The notes: generated by a model not told the origin, from the sequence alone. DNA of 64,000 nucleotides from Paramecium tetraurelia (GCA_000165425.1 CT868296.1:248001-312000), one strand, 5' to 3'; shown: positions 14,157 to 31,042, counted from the stretch's first letter. Numbers and translations: made by a program.

Positions 14157-14615
14157 TTCTATATTGATAAATGATAATATATCTTTTTTGGTCACAATTT
14201 AAAAGTCTATGAAATTAAGTTTGATACATATAATATTTTTTTCTCACTATTTTATTCTTCTTTTATTGTATTCCTTATTATACTTAGTATTCATTACTAT
14301 ACTGATAATTAAATATCATAAAGCTTATAATTTAATGTATTTTCAGATAAAAAAAATTATCTTTAATTCAATTTAGAGGGATTGACTTAATTGCAAATGT
14401 TTCTACATGAATTTTTTATATTGAAAATAATCATTAAAAAATTAATGAAATTAATTAATTTTCCTATAAAATGACATAGAAAATCTAGACATATTTTAAT
14501 ATGCTTATAATATTTTGGCTCACTAAGAAAATATAGAGACTAATTTAAATAAAAGGGTACTTCGTTACATTAAGAAAACATAAAATTTTGCTAACTTTAA
14601 GTATAGAATATAAAA

Positions 14616-15256
14616 TTCAAAATTCAAGAGGGGGAAGAATACAATCCCTCTCTTATAAAAAACAATAATAATTAATTCTTTTCTTTGTAATTAAATCATT
14701 AAATTTGCTTTTAATTTAAATCATTTCCTAATTTAAATAGTTTTACATATCTTAATTTATTTTATCATATATTATTTAGATTTCTGTCTTCTTTTTTAAC
14801 TAAATTTTATCATGATAGAATTCTTTATATAAGATTTATATAAAAATGAAATCATTTAAATTAAGACTATATATTTCTATTGGAACTTTTTTCATAAGGG
14901 AATGGAAAAATTATTTTCTTTTGAGTGTGGAAGATTAATTGATATACTTTTAAAATATCTCATTCTATTATTGAATTCACATTGTTTAAATAATATTGAG
15001 GGTTGAAAGTGACATCTTGAGTAATATAGATATTCTCATCAAGTAATGCTTCTGGTTCATCTGGATCTGTATTGAGTATTTCTTCGATAAAATAGCATTC
15101 ATTTTCATTAAGGCACATTTTCTTTTGAAGTAGGCTTTCAAGATCATCCAAATCTTCTTCCTAGGATTCCATTCTCATTACAATATCTTTGTGACATCCA
15201 GATTAAGGTTTCCTGTTTCCTACTTTGAAGTACTTTCTAGAATTTATGCTATTCAT
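14616..15256 (-). CDS. Hypothetical protein (3' end uncertain; may stop at 14960)
   Basis: MNSINSRKYFKVGNRKPQSGCHKDIVMRMESQEEDLDDLESLLQKK..., acidic. Confidence 0.45.
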
Positions 15257-16433
15257 TGTGTACTCAGTTAAATTATTTAATATAAATTAAATGATCAATT
15301 CTGTTCTTTATAATCTTAAGATTATTCATATTAATTATTAATTAATTCTACAACAGAGAGTGAAAAAATATATATCAAAAGCATCTCATCAATCAATCTT
15401 TATTAAATATTACTTCATCAACCAAGTAAGGTTACAAATAATAAACTAAGTCTAACTTCTCAATTCGATTAGATCTAAACAATATAGATGCTAATATTGA
15501 ATCGATAAAAACAGATTTTTGAAAGAAAACCGAAAAAATTTTAGATTTCTTATAATAGATCTCTTTTTTTTTTATGAAAGAATAATCTTTGAATAAAAAT
15601 AAAAATAATTAATGAATTAATTGTTTAATAATTTAAGGTTTGTTGCATAGACAAATATGAATGGTTCAAGTTGTGTGTTTATCATTTTTATCCTAATAAA
15701 AATATGGTCTGATTAATAAAGAGTGAATTTATGTTATTTGTTGACTAATTAGTTGATTCCTCAACAATATATTTTATTAGTTTTTAACAAAGTTGATGAT
15801 TCTATTCAAGCAGCTATATCTTGAACATCTTAATTATTATAAATTTTCTGACTTACTGTTAATTTACTGAGCCATATCTATTTAGCCATGAAAAGGAAAT
15901 TTGCCAGCTATAATAATTGATAAATAGAAAGAGTATCAAATATTTCGACCAACATATTCTATTTCAAACGTAGAAGTATAACCTCTATAAATTACAGATT
16001 CTTTTCATCTGAATTATTTTCATTAAACATCAAAATTAATTTAATTATCACTAAATTGTAAAGATTTTGAATTAATAAAAAGCTCTATTTCATTAGAATA
16101 TGTGAATTTGTGATGTGTAAAGCAATCAAGTTTGCAATCTACAAACCATCTCATTTAAGATACAAAATGAAAATGAATAATTCAAGTCAAATCCAAATAA
16201 TATTAGTACATTAAAATTATCACATACTAATTTAAAGAGTTTAAATTATATATTAGTGTTTGGAAATTTAGAGAAAATTTTATTAGTACATTATATTAGT
16301 TTAGAAAAGTTGTATTGATCGCATTCTACTATCACTTACCAAGTTCTTACTAGTAGTACAAAAAAGTAGGTACCAACCCCTATTGAAGAAATGGGTAATT
16401 TTAATATGCTATTTCAACTAATAATATTCATTT

Positions 16434-17282
16434 TCAAAATGTTAGCGACAAAAGTATAATCGCTATTTCTAGTTGTATGCTAGTGTTTGGTTTACCTGGT
16501 TAACATTTCTCGCATTTATTGTTCTTCCAATGATGTGTACCAAATGATTCAATAAGGCAAGTTTCTAAAGTTTCGTTAGCTGGATCCCAATCTATGCAGT
16601 CCAATTGTAAAGGAGTTTTCTCTTTACAAAGGTAGGATTCATAGCTGTTTATTCTTACGCTAGCTTCAAAGCAAGTTGTTTGCGTGGCATATTAACAACC
16701 CCCAATCATGTTTTCACATGGATAATTTTCGGAAGTCTGGCATGCTAGCCCTGCTTCTATACATCTTATATCATTCCCAGCTACATCTTCACATTTAGTA
16801 AATTCTTAGCATTTCCCATCTTTAACAACACAAAGTCCTTCTTTTCCATGAAAGCACTACGATAATAGTAGCTCAGAGCAGTTGGGAAGCTAAGATTAAT
16901 CTTCACACCTTTGGAGTTCTGAATCATAATAACAATTAGAAGGAAGATAAAAACTGCACTCATGGTGCGATTTGAAATTGTAAAATGAACAACCTTTAAA
17001 GTCAGTGCAGGTTTCTTCTTAGTAGTCAAATACGCATCCTTAATTTTTTGCAAAAATACAAATCCCACTACGATCAGGATCACTTAAACTCTCACAAGGA
17101 AGAGGTTTGCATTTCCCATTTTCAAATTTGCATTTCGAATTGATTAAGCATTCATAATCAGTTTCCAACTCCTCACAATCACAAAATCCATACTTCATAT
17201 CCACTATAACTTGACCGATGATTTACTTTTGTAAAATGAATATAAGGAGGAAGATACAGGTTTAATTATGCTAGAGCTTCAT
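16434..17282 (-). CDS. Cys-rich secreted/GPI-type surface protein (mini-antigen-like)
   Basis: Signal-like N-terminus, periodic Cys (CDCEELETDYECLINSKCKFENGKCKPLPC...), hydrophobic end EIAIILLSLTF after a 27-nt intron. Confidence 0.8.
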
Positions 17283-18689
17283 TTTTATGATTTATTAAAA
17301 TTATAAAAGAAATTTCACTCAAAATCCGATTCAAGCTATTTAGTTTCATTATTATTTTATTCATTCATTTTGTATGCATAAATGAAATCATTTGCTGTAT
17401 AGTTAAAATTCATATAATTAGAACGTTCAAATTCTATTAAATATTTCTATGAAAGGCTAAGAACTTATTAAATTTAATATCGATTGCTAGAAAATGGAAA
17501 CAATCTTAAAGGAGAAACTAATAAAGCTAATAAGTATAGGCTAAAATAATGCCATAAGATTAATAAGCTTATTAGTGTTTTGAAACAATAAAATATCTAT
17601 TAATATAGTAAAATTATTTTAATACTGTTTTTGGTTTAAATAACAAAATTTCTTCCTACTTTAAAAATACTCTATTTTTTGTTTAACTCATCTTCTAAAT
17701 GATTACCATTACATTCTATATTATTCTTATAAAGATTCTATTTTTAATTTGGTCATTACCTGTATTAAATTCTATGGTTACATATATTCTCAATTGTAAT
17801 AAATCAAAAAAATGCCTGAAATAATCATTCTATCCTCATATATAGATATATATGCCTTAAACTTATGTTTTAATCTATATATGTTCTTCTCTGTTGGCTA
17901 CCTACTTTCAGCAAATAAGTTGAATATTCTTTTATTAGCTTTTTCTCTGAGTTTTATATTATTTTTTTGTAGTGTAATAAATTTGATTGTCATAAATAGC
18001 TTGTCCAAGCATGAAAAGTTTTATCAACATTTCCCTCCACTTTATAGATTATCACCTTATAAAAAATCAAATTCGTATTATTAAAGACTTAATTAAGGTT
18101 TTGGGTAAATTAATCATGATAGATAACTAAATGCTTGCTACATAAAGTGAAAATATATTAAGCTTGTTTAATATTTAGAATAAAGGAAATTCAAATTGCA
18201 AAAATATATTTAGAATATAATATTTATAAATTAAGGAAAAATAGGGTGTTTTTAGGCAATCTTCATTTTTAATTTTAATTTAGATTTGAATCTCTTAATT
18301 TAAGATAGCATAATATTGTTTGGTTTTTAGATCTGATTGAATAATGACAAAATCACAAAAATGAGATTGTGTTTCAAAAAGATAGAAATATTATAAGCAT
18401 TCACTTTGTCTACTCTGAGAAATTTAGAAACCTATAACATTCTAACTCTTTTTTCATTTCCTTTCAAAATATAAGATATTTTTTGAGGACTATGACTGAT
18501 CACCCTTAGTTTACTCTAAAATGAAACTGATCCTCACTTAATTATTTAATAGTATATCATTCAAATTGATGCACTAAAACATTTCAAATGAAGTATTGTA
18601 TAAGAAATTAATTAAAATAAATAGTTAATCAGACATTTGAATAATATAAAAAACTTAGAGATGATTTCTGATTAATGAATGTATTTAAA

Positions 18690-19027
18690 TCATATTTTCT
18701 TCAAAGGAACTTTCTTGCCTGCTTTAAGTGATTCATAGTCATTTTTCAACTCTTCTAATTCATCATCAATCTTAAAGATTTAAGTTTCAAGTTTCTTCTC
18801 TTTATCTCTCTCATTATTTGATTAAGCCCAATAATAGTGTTGCTAAAATGAGAATGATTTATTACTAGCATTTCTCTTCTTTGTTTTCTCAGTGACTCAT
18901 GTTTGTCTTCTATTTGAGTAAGTGATGATCTCTTTCCAAAATATGAGGTAGTCTTTTCTATAGTGGTCATTAACATGTACACAACCACTAATAAAAGAGT
19001 GATTCCCAAAAGTGCATAATTCTGCAT
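18690..19027 (-). CDS. Small N-terminal TM/signal + coiled-coil protein
   Basis: MQNYALLGITLLLVVVYMLM..KHESLRKQRREML|QHYYWAQSNNERDKEKKLETQIFKIDDEL; one tiny intron. Confidence 0.75.
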
Positions 19028-19051
19028 TTTATTTAATTATTAAATATTTAT

Positions 19052-20933
19052 ATGAATCGACTCAGAGTACTCAGGAATTTGACAATCCCCAAATTGTTTA
19101 GCAGAGTCAGTTGTTTAGCCTTACCTTATCTAATTTACCATAACTATCGTAATAATCCTATTCATTGTTCTAATGAAGGTAAATCTTATGATTATATCAC
19201 TTCCCAGTTCGACAAATGAATCAATCGATGTTTGTTCAAAATATCCTTGGAAATAGGAAGGATTATTTCTTTTTGGTAATCTACAAAGAAGAAGTGGATG
19301 GAGGATATGGAGAGAAAGAAGCTATTGAAGTTGCTAAAAAATTGTAATAAATAGCTGATAAACTTTAAATCAATTGTATTTTCAATTAGTTTATATAGGC
19401 CATGTTTATACTGTGTCTAGACCTTCCTTAAAATTAATCACTAAATTAGTGAATAGGGTTAAAAATGTGAAGATTTATGAGGAAGAGGAGTTTTAAAAAA
19501 TTGAAATATATTTTAAAACACCTCATTCGGATGATTATGTTTACTTTCCTTTTAAAAAACACAACTTTTATCTAGAAAATAATTAAGCTAAAATTTTGTA
19601 ATACCTATTAATCACAATAGAACGCGAGTATCAAGATTCTTTGATTTGTACTAAACAGTAACAACTAAGGAATAGTTTTAATCAACCATTTTAGAAAGCT
19701 ATTATTAATTAGACTCTCCTGTTTTCATTAAGTCAAATAGCTCTGATGCTTAACTTAAATAATTTAAGAAAATTTCCTTTTAGTTTTTGGAGAAAAAGAC
19801 TGTAAATTAAAACTCAAAATTTCTCATCATAGATAATAAAGAACTATGCTAAGAATTGCAATTAAAAGATGATGATATATTATTGTTAAGAAATGATATC
19901 CTGCAAAAATATCAAAATTGCATCATTAATGAAAGCAATCAAATAATACCACAACTGATAGCTAAACAATAAATTGATTAATTGAAATATGAATCATTTA
20001 ATGAATGGAAATAATACAATACAAAGTCTACATAAAGCATAACTACTGATAAAAAACAATTAAAAAATTAATTCGTCTTTGATCTCCAGTAATTTAGTTT
20101 ACCAAGAATATTTTATTTGAAGAATAGCAGAAAATCTAATATTGGAGCCTTTGTAAGAAAGATCCAAAATCATAAATACTAAACTGATAAATTAGTTGTC
20201 AGTCTGCAATTAGATCCTAAACATTAAAATAGATTGGATGTAATTTAATTTATTAATATTTTAAATAGAATCACATAAGAATATCACTATTCTTTAAGCT
20301 CTATGAGAAATATAGGGACAGATTGGAGTTTGTGATATCAGCAACCAATTAATTAGAAGAATTGCTGCCTCATCTAAACAAATTTCAGAGTAAGTTTGTT
20401 CTTTTTAATATCTTTAATTCGATATCCTATTCGAAATAATTGTTTCCATAAACTGCAAAACTATATGAAAAATATTTCCTTAAAGACACTTAATTTGTGG
20501 AGAGATTTGAAGTAATTGATTAACAATTGAACAATTTGCTCTAATAACCTTCGGAGGAGAGAATAGCCAACATTGATTATTTATCTTAGGATCTTGATAA
20601 GATTTAGGAAATTAATTTAGATTATTTTAATTTCCTTCAAAGTAACTAAAATAAAAACTAACAAATCATTTTATATTATTAAAATGACATAATGACAGAG
20701 GCATTACTAACTATACTCAAAAATCTGAAAACAAAGTAGATTTTATACAATATTCTAGTTAAAATATTTATACTATTTCCAGTCTAAATTAGATACCAGC
20801 TCTTTATTCATCATTTCCGAATTAAAATGTCTTGATAATAAATGGAACAGCTATAGGATTTCCGAAAGCAAATGACACAAATTTAAATGAGTTAAATACA
20901 CAAATCGAGAATTTGATCAAACAATATTTATGA
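19052..20933 (+). CDS. Hypothetical protein with a mitochondrial-presequence-like N-terminus
   Basis: MNRLRVLRNLTIPKLFSRVSCLALPYLIYHNYRNNPIHC (Arg-rich, no acidic residues); several tiny introns; TGA at 20931-20933. Confidence 0.6.
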
Positions 20934-21102
20934 TTATAATATTATATTTAATAAATACGAATTTATCTTCTTTCAATTAATTATCTATTCTATAAGATTT
21001 AAGAGAAAATTAATATAATCTATTTGTAAAGAAGGATGGGTACTTCCTATTAAAAGAGAATATTAGTATAGAATGTTAATAACTTTAAATTTATCATATT
21101 AC

Positions 21103-24255
<3,153 letters not shown>

Positions 24256-24702
24256 TGTGTTTTTAGTGAAAATTAATTAATTAATTTATTTAATTTATTG
24301 AACTTCTGCCGATAAATACTGAAAAATATATACATTCATCCCAATGTAAAATTTTTATAAAATTGTATTAATTTCATTTTTATTATCTTTCAACATTCCC
24401 TCGAAACAACCAATTATATAATATGATTCTCACAAAAAACCCTTTTATTATCATATAAGTATTTTACTAACCACTATTATTTTATAAATATTTTATAAAT
24501 GAGTTTGAAATTAAGAATTTTATTATCTCTCTAAATAAATAAATAATGATTTAAATTAATATTATTAACTTCATTAATAATACTGATCTATTTTACATCA
24601 TCTAAATAAATATCGGGGTGCTTAATCTAATCCTTAAATTAATCCAGGATTAATCTTGCAATGAATTATATTTATAATTATTTTAAACCTCTCCATTAAA
24701 AT

Positions 24703-25773
24703 ATGATTTGCAATCATGACACATTTAAGATGTTTACCATTAAAAAAATAATTTATGAAAATGAAAACTAAAAAATTTACATGGCTAACATGAAAGATAG
24801 ATTCACAATGATTGTACTTAAAGTGGAAATGGGTGATAAAAAACATCTGTACACGCAGTACAAAATACTTGATTTTTTGAAATTTGTGTTGGGAGTGCCG
24901 TAAGTACTGAACTGTGGTTTTACTTCGGATGAAAAGTAAAAATCATCCTCATATTAGGTTTTACTATTCCATAGACTTCTACGACAAATCAATCTCAGAT
25001 ATTTTGAAGAAATACGGAACTCTAAGCTTATAATCAGTGCTATCTATAGGATTATCTTTGCTTAGAATTTTAAGTGCCATTCACCGATAAGAAATAATCT
25101 ACAGCAATCTCTGTCCCGAAAATATTGTATTTTCAAAAGATGGTCTTGATCATGACTCGAAAATTCATTTAATAGGCTTTGGTTAAGCATTTTTAAAATA
25201 TGACAAACCAAAAAAAATGTACAATTAAAACTTTTTGCCCTATCAATCCTGCCAATCTCATAATAATCGCACCCCTTACAAGAAGGACGATTTAGAAAGT
25301 TTGGGCTATCTATTAATAAAATTAAGAAAAGGTATTACTTTCTTATATTTAAAGGAACCTTACCCTGGGAATCATTGCCTCAGTAATTGATGGGAAAGAA
25401 GAAAATCGAATGTTTAAAATCAAACGAAGTGTTTAAGGGACTTCCTTACGAATTTAGATTGTATTTTAAATAACTCGAATAATATAATGACGAGCCAAAA
25501 CATTAATATTTTATTAAATTACTAAATGCTATAATGCTAAAATATTGCAAGACGACACGACATTGTATTTAAGAACTAAATTAATTAACTCCAATATCTG
25601 AAGCTTTGGATGAAACCAATTAATCAATAGATAGTTTTTAGCTTTCTCGACGTACTGCTAATGTGAGTAGTGTAAATTTATTAACATACACTGAACTAGA
25701 CTCCTCTATTGAAGAAAAGTTAAAGAAACTCGAGTTGATTTCTAAATAATATAAACTAATCAGTAACTTATGA
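24703..25773 (+). CDS. Casein kinase 1-like pseudokinase
   Basis: IVLKVE..HLYTQYKIL..GVPQV; KKDDLESLGYLLIKLRKGTLPW; no Gly-rich loop, HRD replaced by YSN, DFG replaced by GFG. Confidence 0.85.
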
Positions 25774-26027
25774 GTTTATCTATTTATATAAATGCTTATA
25801 TAATTTTGAGATAAAGTATTGATTTTTATAAAATATACATTAAATTATAAACCAAGACTAGATTTTTATTGGGTAGTTTTCTTCGTTGTTTGAATGAAGG
25901 TTTAAATTGTTTATTTTATTATGTATTACTCTAATAAAACATATTTATGTATTTACGGTTTTATCATAATAATATAACAAATAATAACTAAAAATTAAAA
26001 GCTCGAGAGAAATAATTAGTTTTTGAA

Positions 26028-27012
26028 ATGGATATTGACAAATAATTAGAGATTTTGAGAAATGGGAGATGCATAAGTGAGCGAGACACTCATTTGATTT
26101 GTGAATTGGCTAAGGAAATTCTGATAGAGGAGCCCAATGTTGTTCAAGTGAAAACTCCAGCAATAGTATGTGGAGATGTGCATGGATAATTTTTTGATTT
26201 ATTGGAACTTTTCAAGTGTGGAGGACAATTACCAGAAAAGAGGTATGTATTTAATGGAGATTATGTGAATCGAGGGTAATGTGATGGATTATTGAAGACA
26301 TCATTCTGTCGAGACCTTCTAATACTTGTTATGTTTAAAGATCATGTATCCAAAAGAGATTATATTGCTAAGAGGAAATCATGAATCAGGAGCTATAACT
26401 TAAGTGTATGGGTTGTATGATGAAGTGAAAAGAAAATTTGGAAATCCTTATGTTTGGCAATACTTTTGTGAAGTATTTGATTACTTGCCCTTGTGTGCAT
26501 TGATAGATCAAAAGGTGTTTTGTGTGCACGGAGGACTGTCTCCATAAATAAATAATATCGATTAGATTCGAGTCATAGGTTTCACATCTATTTTATATGA
26601 GATTAGATCGAAGAACAGCAAAGGATCATGAAGGTCCTATGAGTGACATGTTATGGTCAGATCCTGATTAAGATTTGGAGGGTTGGTTTGTGAATAACCG
26701 TGGGGCTGGATATTAATTTGGGAGGAAAGCAGTTGATCAATTTAGTCATATTAATGGATTAATTTTGATTGCAAGATCCCATCAGTTGGTTATGGAAGGG
26801 TATAAATATGAATTTAATGTAAATATGGAATTTAAGGTTAGAAAAAATTAGTGACAGTATGGTCAGCACCTAATTATTGTTATAGGTGTGGAAATGAAGG
26901 ATGCATTTTGGTTTTGGATGAGAATTTAGAGTAGAGCTTCTAATTCTTTAAGGAGTCGGCCGAGCCAACTTAAATGATCATTGGTTCAACTGTGTTACCT
27001 TATTTTTTATGA
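26028..27012 (+). CDS. PPP Ser/Thr phosphatase, PP2A-family (PP4/PP6-like) catalytic subunit
   Basis: [50 protein letters not shown]-terminal PYFL; 3 tiny introns. Confidence 0.95.
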
Positions 27013-27082
27013 ATTAATTATCGCAATATATTTTATTCAATAATTAATTAGAATTAACTAATTGGTATAATAAATTTATTTA

Positions 27083-28876
27083 ATGAAAAAGATAGCACCA
27101 AGTTTGTTGGATTATCAATCTGCAGGCTAGGGATAATTGTTGAAATATATTCAGACATTGAGGGAAGCAGAGTAGAACAGCATTATTCATAAATTACAAA
27201 AATACGACATTAAATAATTGTATCATGTAATATAGTGTTTAGAACTTAGGTTTATCAATAATTCAAAGCAAAGATAGTTTAGATGACACCTTAAGAGACA
27301 ATCAGATGTTTGGAGTTTGATTAGAAGGACGAAGAGATTGGATATACAACAATAGCAGAGGGCAAACGTATACGGCAATCCTCACTATTTAGTGGCAATC
27401 GTTATGAGTGCTCAGCAAAACATTAGTTTGTTAGACATCCAGTTGCCTTCACATAAGTGTTTGTTTCAATTGTATTGCGAACGAATTTGGAGTCTTTAGA
27501 ATGTAATCAAACAGCGTTGTGGAATGTGTTTACCAATTTTGATATTCATTATGACCACCAATATTAATCATGATATGATTACTTGCTTTTTTTAAGAAAA
27601 GAATCATTTTGGCTTGTAAGATGATCAGATCTTTTTTATTTAATAAGATAATTTACCCTTATTTAGCATGGAAGGACAAATTCTATTTAGTAATGAATCT
27701 TAGATTTTTGATGATTGCATTGGTGATGGATATATATATTTAAATCAATCGGTTTTAGATACTATGAAATTTTTGGGAATCACCATCCTTCACCTTTGTT
27801 CAATAGAAAATGTACTTTGCAAATTTGGAGATCCCCTATGGATTGGTGCTTTCATTAGAAATCAATTATATTTGAGTGCAAAATGTGTACAAAAACGTAG
27901 TGTTGATGAAAACCTAGGAATCATTGTCAATTAATCAAATTCAGGTTTGTAATACAAAGGTATTTAGAATTGTAATTTCATTTCTAGAGTATGATGAAAT
28001 CTCTTATTCTGATTTGGTCAAAAGAGACAAAAACGGAGGTTTGGCTAATCCTGATGGAGTCATTGGTTAGATCTTATGTTCTCTCGATTATGCCCTTGAA
28101 CTTTGTTGCAAATATAAAAACCATATTTTGTCTAAGTAGAGATTTACAATCAAACTAGTTTCCATATTCGATAAAAGAAATGTACATATTTTGATTACAT
28201 AACTTCCAGTTTAATCAAACCCATGTCACAATCTAATGCTCTTAAATTTGAATTGACATTTTACTAAGCTATTCCTTATTGTCCTATTCAATCCTTTGGA
28301 TTATTCAGAGTCAAAAGGGAATATGAATATGCTCCCATCCTCAATCCACCAAATGAAAACAAAGATACTATTCATACTGCACGCCAGGCCTATATGCGTA
28401 GAGACCAAAAATGGATGTCTCAAATAGGTTTTGATGTCAATTCAGAATTTGAAATCTCGCCCAAATTAACTTATTTTGGAGAGGGTTTGGAAGAGGCTAC
28501 AAAAAAGTAGATCAAAAATAAATTATAAATGCCACTTATTCTGCATAGTGAAAAATAAATTAGAACTGTTAGAGTTAATAGTGTTCATAATTAATAACCT
28601 TAAAGTTCACCTAACAAGTATTCTTCATAAACTGTTAACAATTAAAGTTTCGTGTAATAAAAAATGAGCATTCATCAAAGCTTGAATCATCTGAAATAAC
28701 CTATCACAAACTCATTAGTTACTCCAACTAATAATTAAAATTTCCAAATGACAGGCAGAAGAAGTATCGATTAGAAACCTAATAGATAGACTGATTATTA
28801 TCATAGACCTAATCTAAATTAATTAAACAAACCTCTATTTTAAGTACCTAACACTTATTATTTACCAAAAAAATGA
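27083..28876 (+). CDS. UDP-N-acetylglucosamine pyrophosphorylase (UAP1)-like protein with degenerate active site
   Basis: DIQLPSHKCLFQLYCERI, IFIMTT..FFQEKNHFGLQDDQIFFIQQDNLP, SIENVLCKFGDPLWIG, VKREYEYAPILN; low-complexity C-terminal tail. Confidence 0.85.
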
Positions 28877-28909
28877 TTTCATAAATAATTTTATTATAAT
28901 ATTTATTTA

Positions 28910-30226
28910 TCACAATAAATTATAATTTTATTAGACTCTCTCCCAAAACTCTTCAGATACCTGGCTCAATTGGACTTCATATTGAATTAAGCTCTTTGCC
29001 AATCTATAATAATTCTACTACTTCTCCAACTAAACAATCAGTCTTACTCATACCTTGAATTTATCAATCTCTATATATCCCAATAAAACAGTGAGTATAT
29101 CACATATAAATTGCATGTTTTCAATGTCCTTACACACTTAATCAATCTAAACTTATAATTTAGCTATTTGATCCTCCTTCTTTGATGTACTAAATATGTT
29201 CTTTATTGAAGACTTCCCTGCTAACACTTCTTACAATTAAATTTAAAGTTCTTTTTATCTCTATTCATAAACCACCTTCTATTATTCATACTTCTCTCTC
29301 TAAATCATGGTCTCCAAGAATGCTCTCACTTACTTTGATTCCTTCTTAATTTCTTAAAATAATGATTGAAATTCATTCTATTGCAATAAATTAAGGTAAT
29401 TATTTAATAATTTAGCTGGGTATTCATCCTTTTAGATGTTCAAAATCACCAATTTATCTTGACTCTCGCTAAATTCGAGCAACACTTGCTACTCATAATT
29501 AGGTAACTGAATTTAAAGGAAATTGATCATTTATTCTTAAAAATTATGTCTTGCTTCTGCAATATTTCTAATGTATTTAGAGTATATACTTAGCAATTTA
29601 TTTAAAATTCTCAACCATTGGATTTACTCTTTTTAGAAATTGATGAAAATCTGTTATCTTTTGGATTAATTCTCTATTGATTTCTCTCTATATTCAATAT
29701 AAATATGGATACTCCTGAAAGATCAGTGAATGTGTCTTGGTATTTGTTGATGATCTCATCGTATGTCAATTTGGGCACTTAGGTCAACGCCTACAAATAA
29801 GTGCTGTGTTTACTTTTTCAATATCTCCATTGGCCTTTATAAATAACTGGAATTCTTCAGAATACCAGAAGTACTTGGATTGAGCCATAATCCTCATCCA
29901 TTCTTATAATGAATGCATTCTATCATCTATGAACTTCTAATCCATATTTCCCTAAAAGTTATAGAGTCTATATATTTACAATTGCCTTTCGTGGTGGAAG
30001 TGGTGGAATGTAACAACCAGGCCACTTTGTTATGAGGAATTGACGAATAAGTCTGAAATCGCTAAACCTTCGTATCACATCAAATTATCCATTCTTATCC
30101 ATTCCTCGAACTGAATAAGTTGTGTACTTGTTAAGTCCCGATTAGACCTTCGGATCACCGACTTCAACTGAGATCTTTTATAATCTCTACATCGATATAT
30201 AATACCTCGAAATCATCTTAGTTCAT
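28910..30226 (-). CDS. PX(-BAR) sorting nexin
   Basis: VEVGDPKVQSGLNKYTTYSVRG..VIRRFSDFRLIRQFLITKWPGCYIPPLPPRK; helical C-terminus ending SEEFWERVQ. Confidence 0.9.
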
Positions 30227-30244
30227 GAATAATATTATATAAAT

Positions 30245-31004
30245 TCATTTTCTATGTGTAACTGAGTGGTATAATTGTGAATAAAACATTGTTGCCAGAA
30301 TTGCAGCACCAATTGGTCCTCCGACATAAATCCACATATTGATCATCTAATCCCAACTCTTAGCTAAACAGTCAAACAAGGTCAAACTCAGAGCAGCAGC
30401 TGGATTAAGAAGACTATTACTCGATGTAATTGTGTATCTATCAAAATATTCAACAATTTTACTCTCGACAAGCATAGTATATACATGATAGCATGACTAA
30501 TGTGGCTATTCTATTTTCAGATAATTAAGTCTCTTTAACAAAGCAAATTAGAGTAAAAATCAAAAAGATTGTTGATCCAATCATTTCTCCAAATAATGAT
30601 GCAGCCAATTCCTTTATAGGTTCACTAATTTATTGTAATTTATTACTCTTCTATATATGGAGCCTTGTCCATATTCAATAACAAAAATGATAATGCAGCC
30701 CCACAAAATGCTCCCAAAAATTAAGGAAGGAAATAGAAGAACATTGTGCCATATGGAATTCCTCCACCCAATGCCATAGCCAATGTTATTGCTGGATTGA
30801 AATGGCCTCCACTCAATCTACCAAATACAAGCATGCATCCAAATAATCCCAATGCTACTTGATATGCTTCATTCCTAATTGTATTTAATTGTATTACTGA
30901 CTGCATACACTTATATACACTAAAAAGAATGTGCCTATGAGTTCAAATATGAAGATGTTCTTTTTAGAAATAGCTTGTTTTTGTTCTTCTGTAATTTGTT
31001 CCAT
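30245..31004 (-). CDS. Aquaporin / MIP channel
   Basis: FELIGTFF, LSGGHFNPAITLA, SLFGEMIGSTIFL, second LLNPAAAL motif. Confidence 0.93.
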
Positions 31005-31042
31005 AAAAATATTAAAAAAATTTTTAATTAAGATTTTAATAC

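Noticed and set aside
14626..14656. Short hairpin aagagggggaagaatacaatccctctctt
   Set aside because: Imperfect short stem in probable coding sequence; expected by chance
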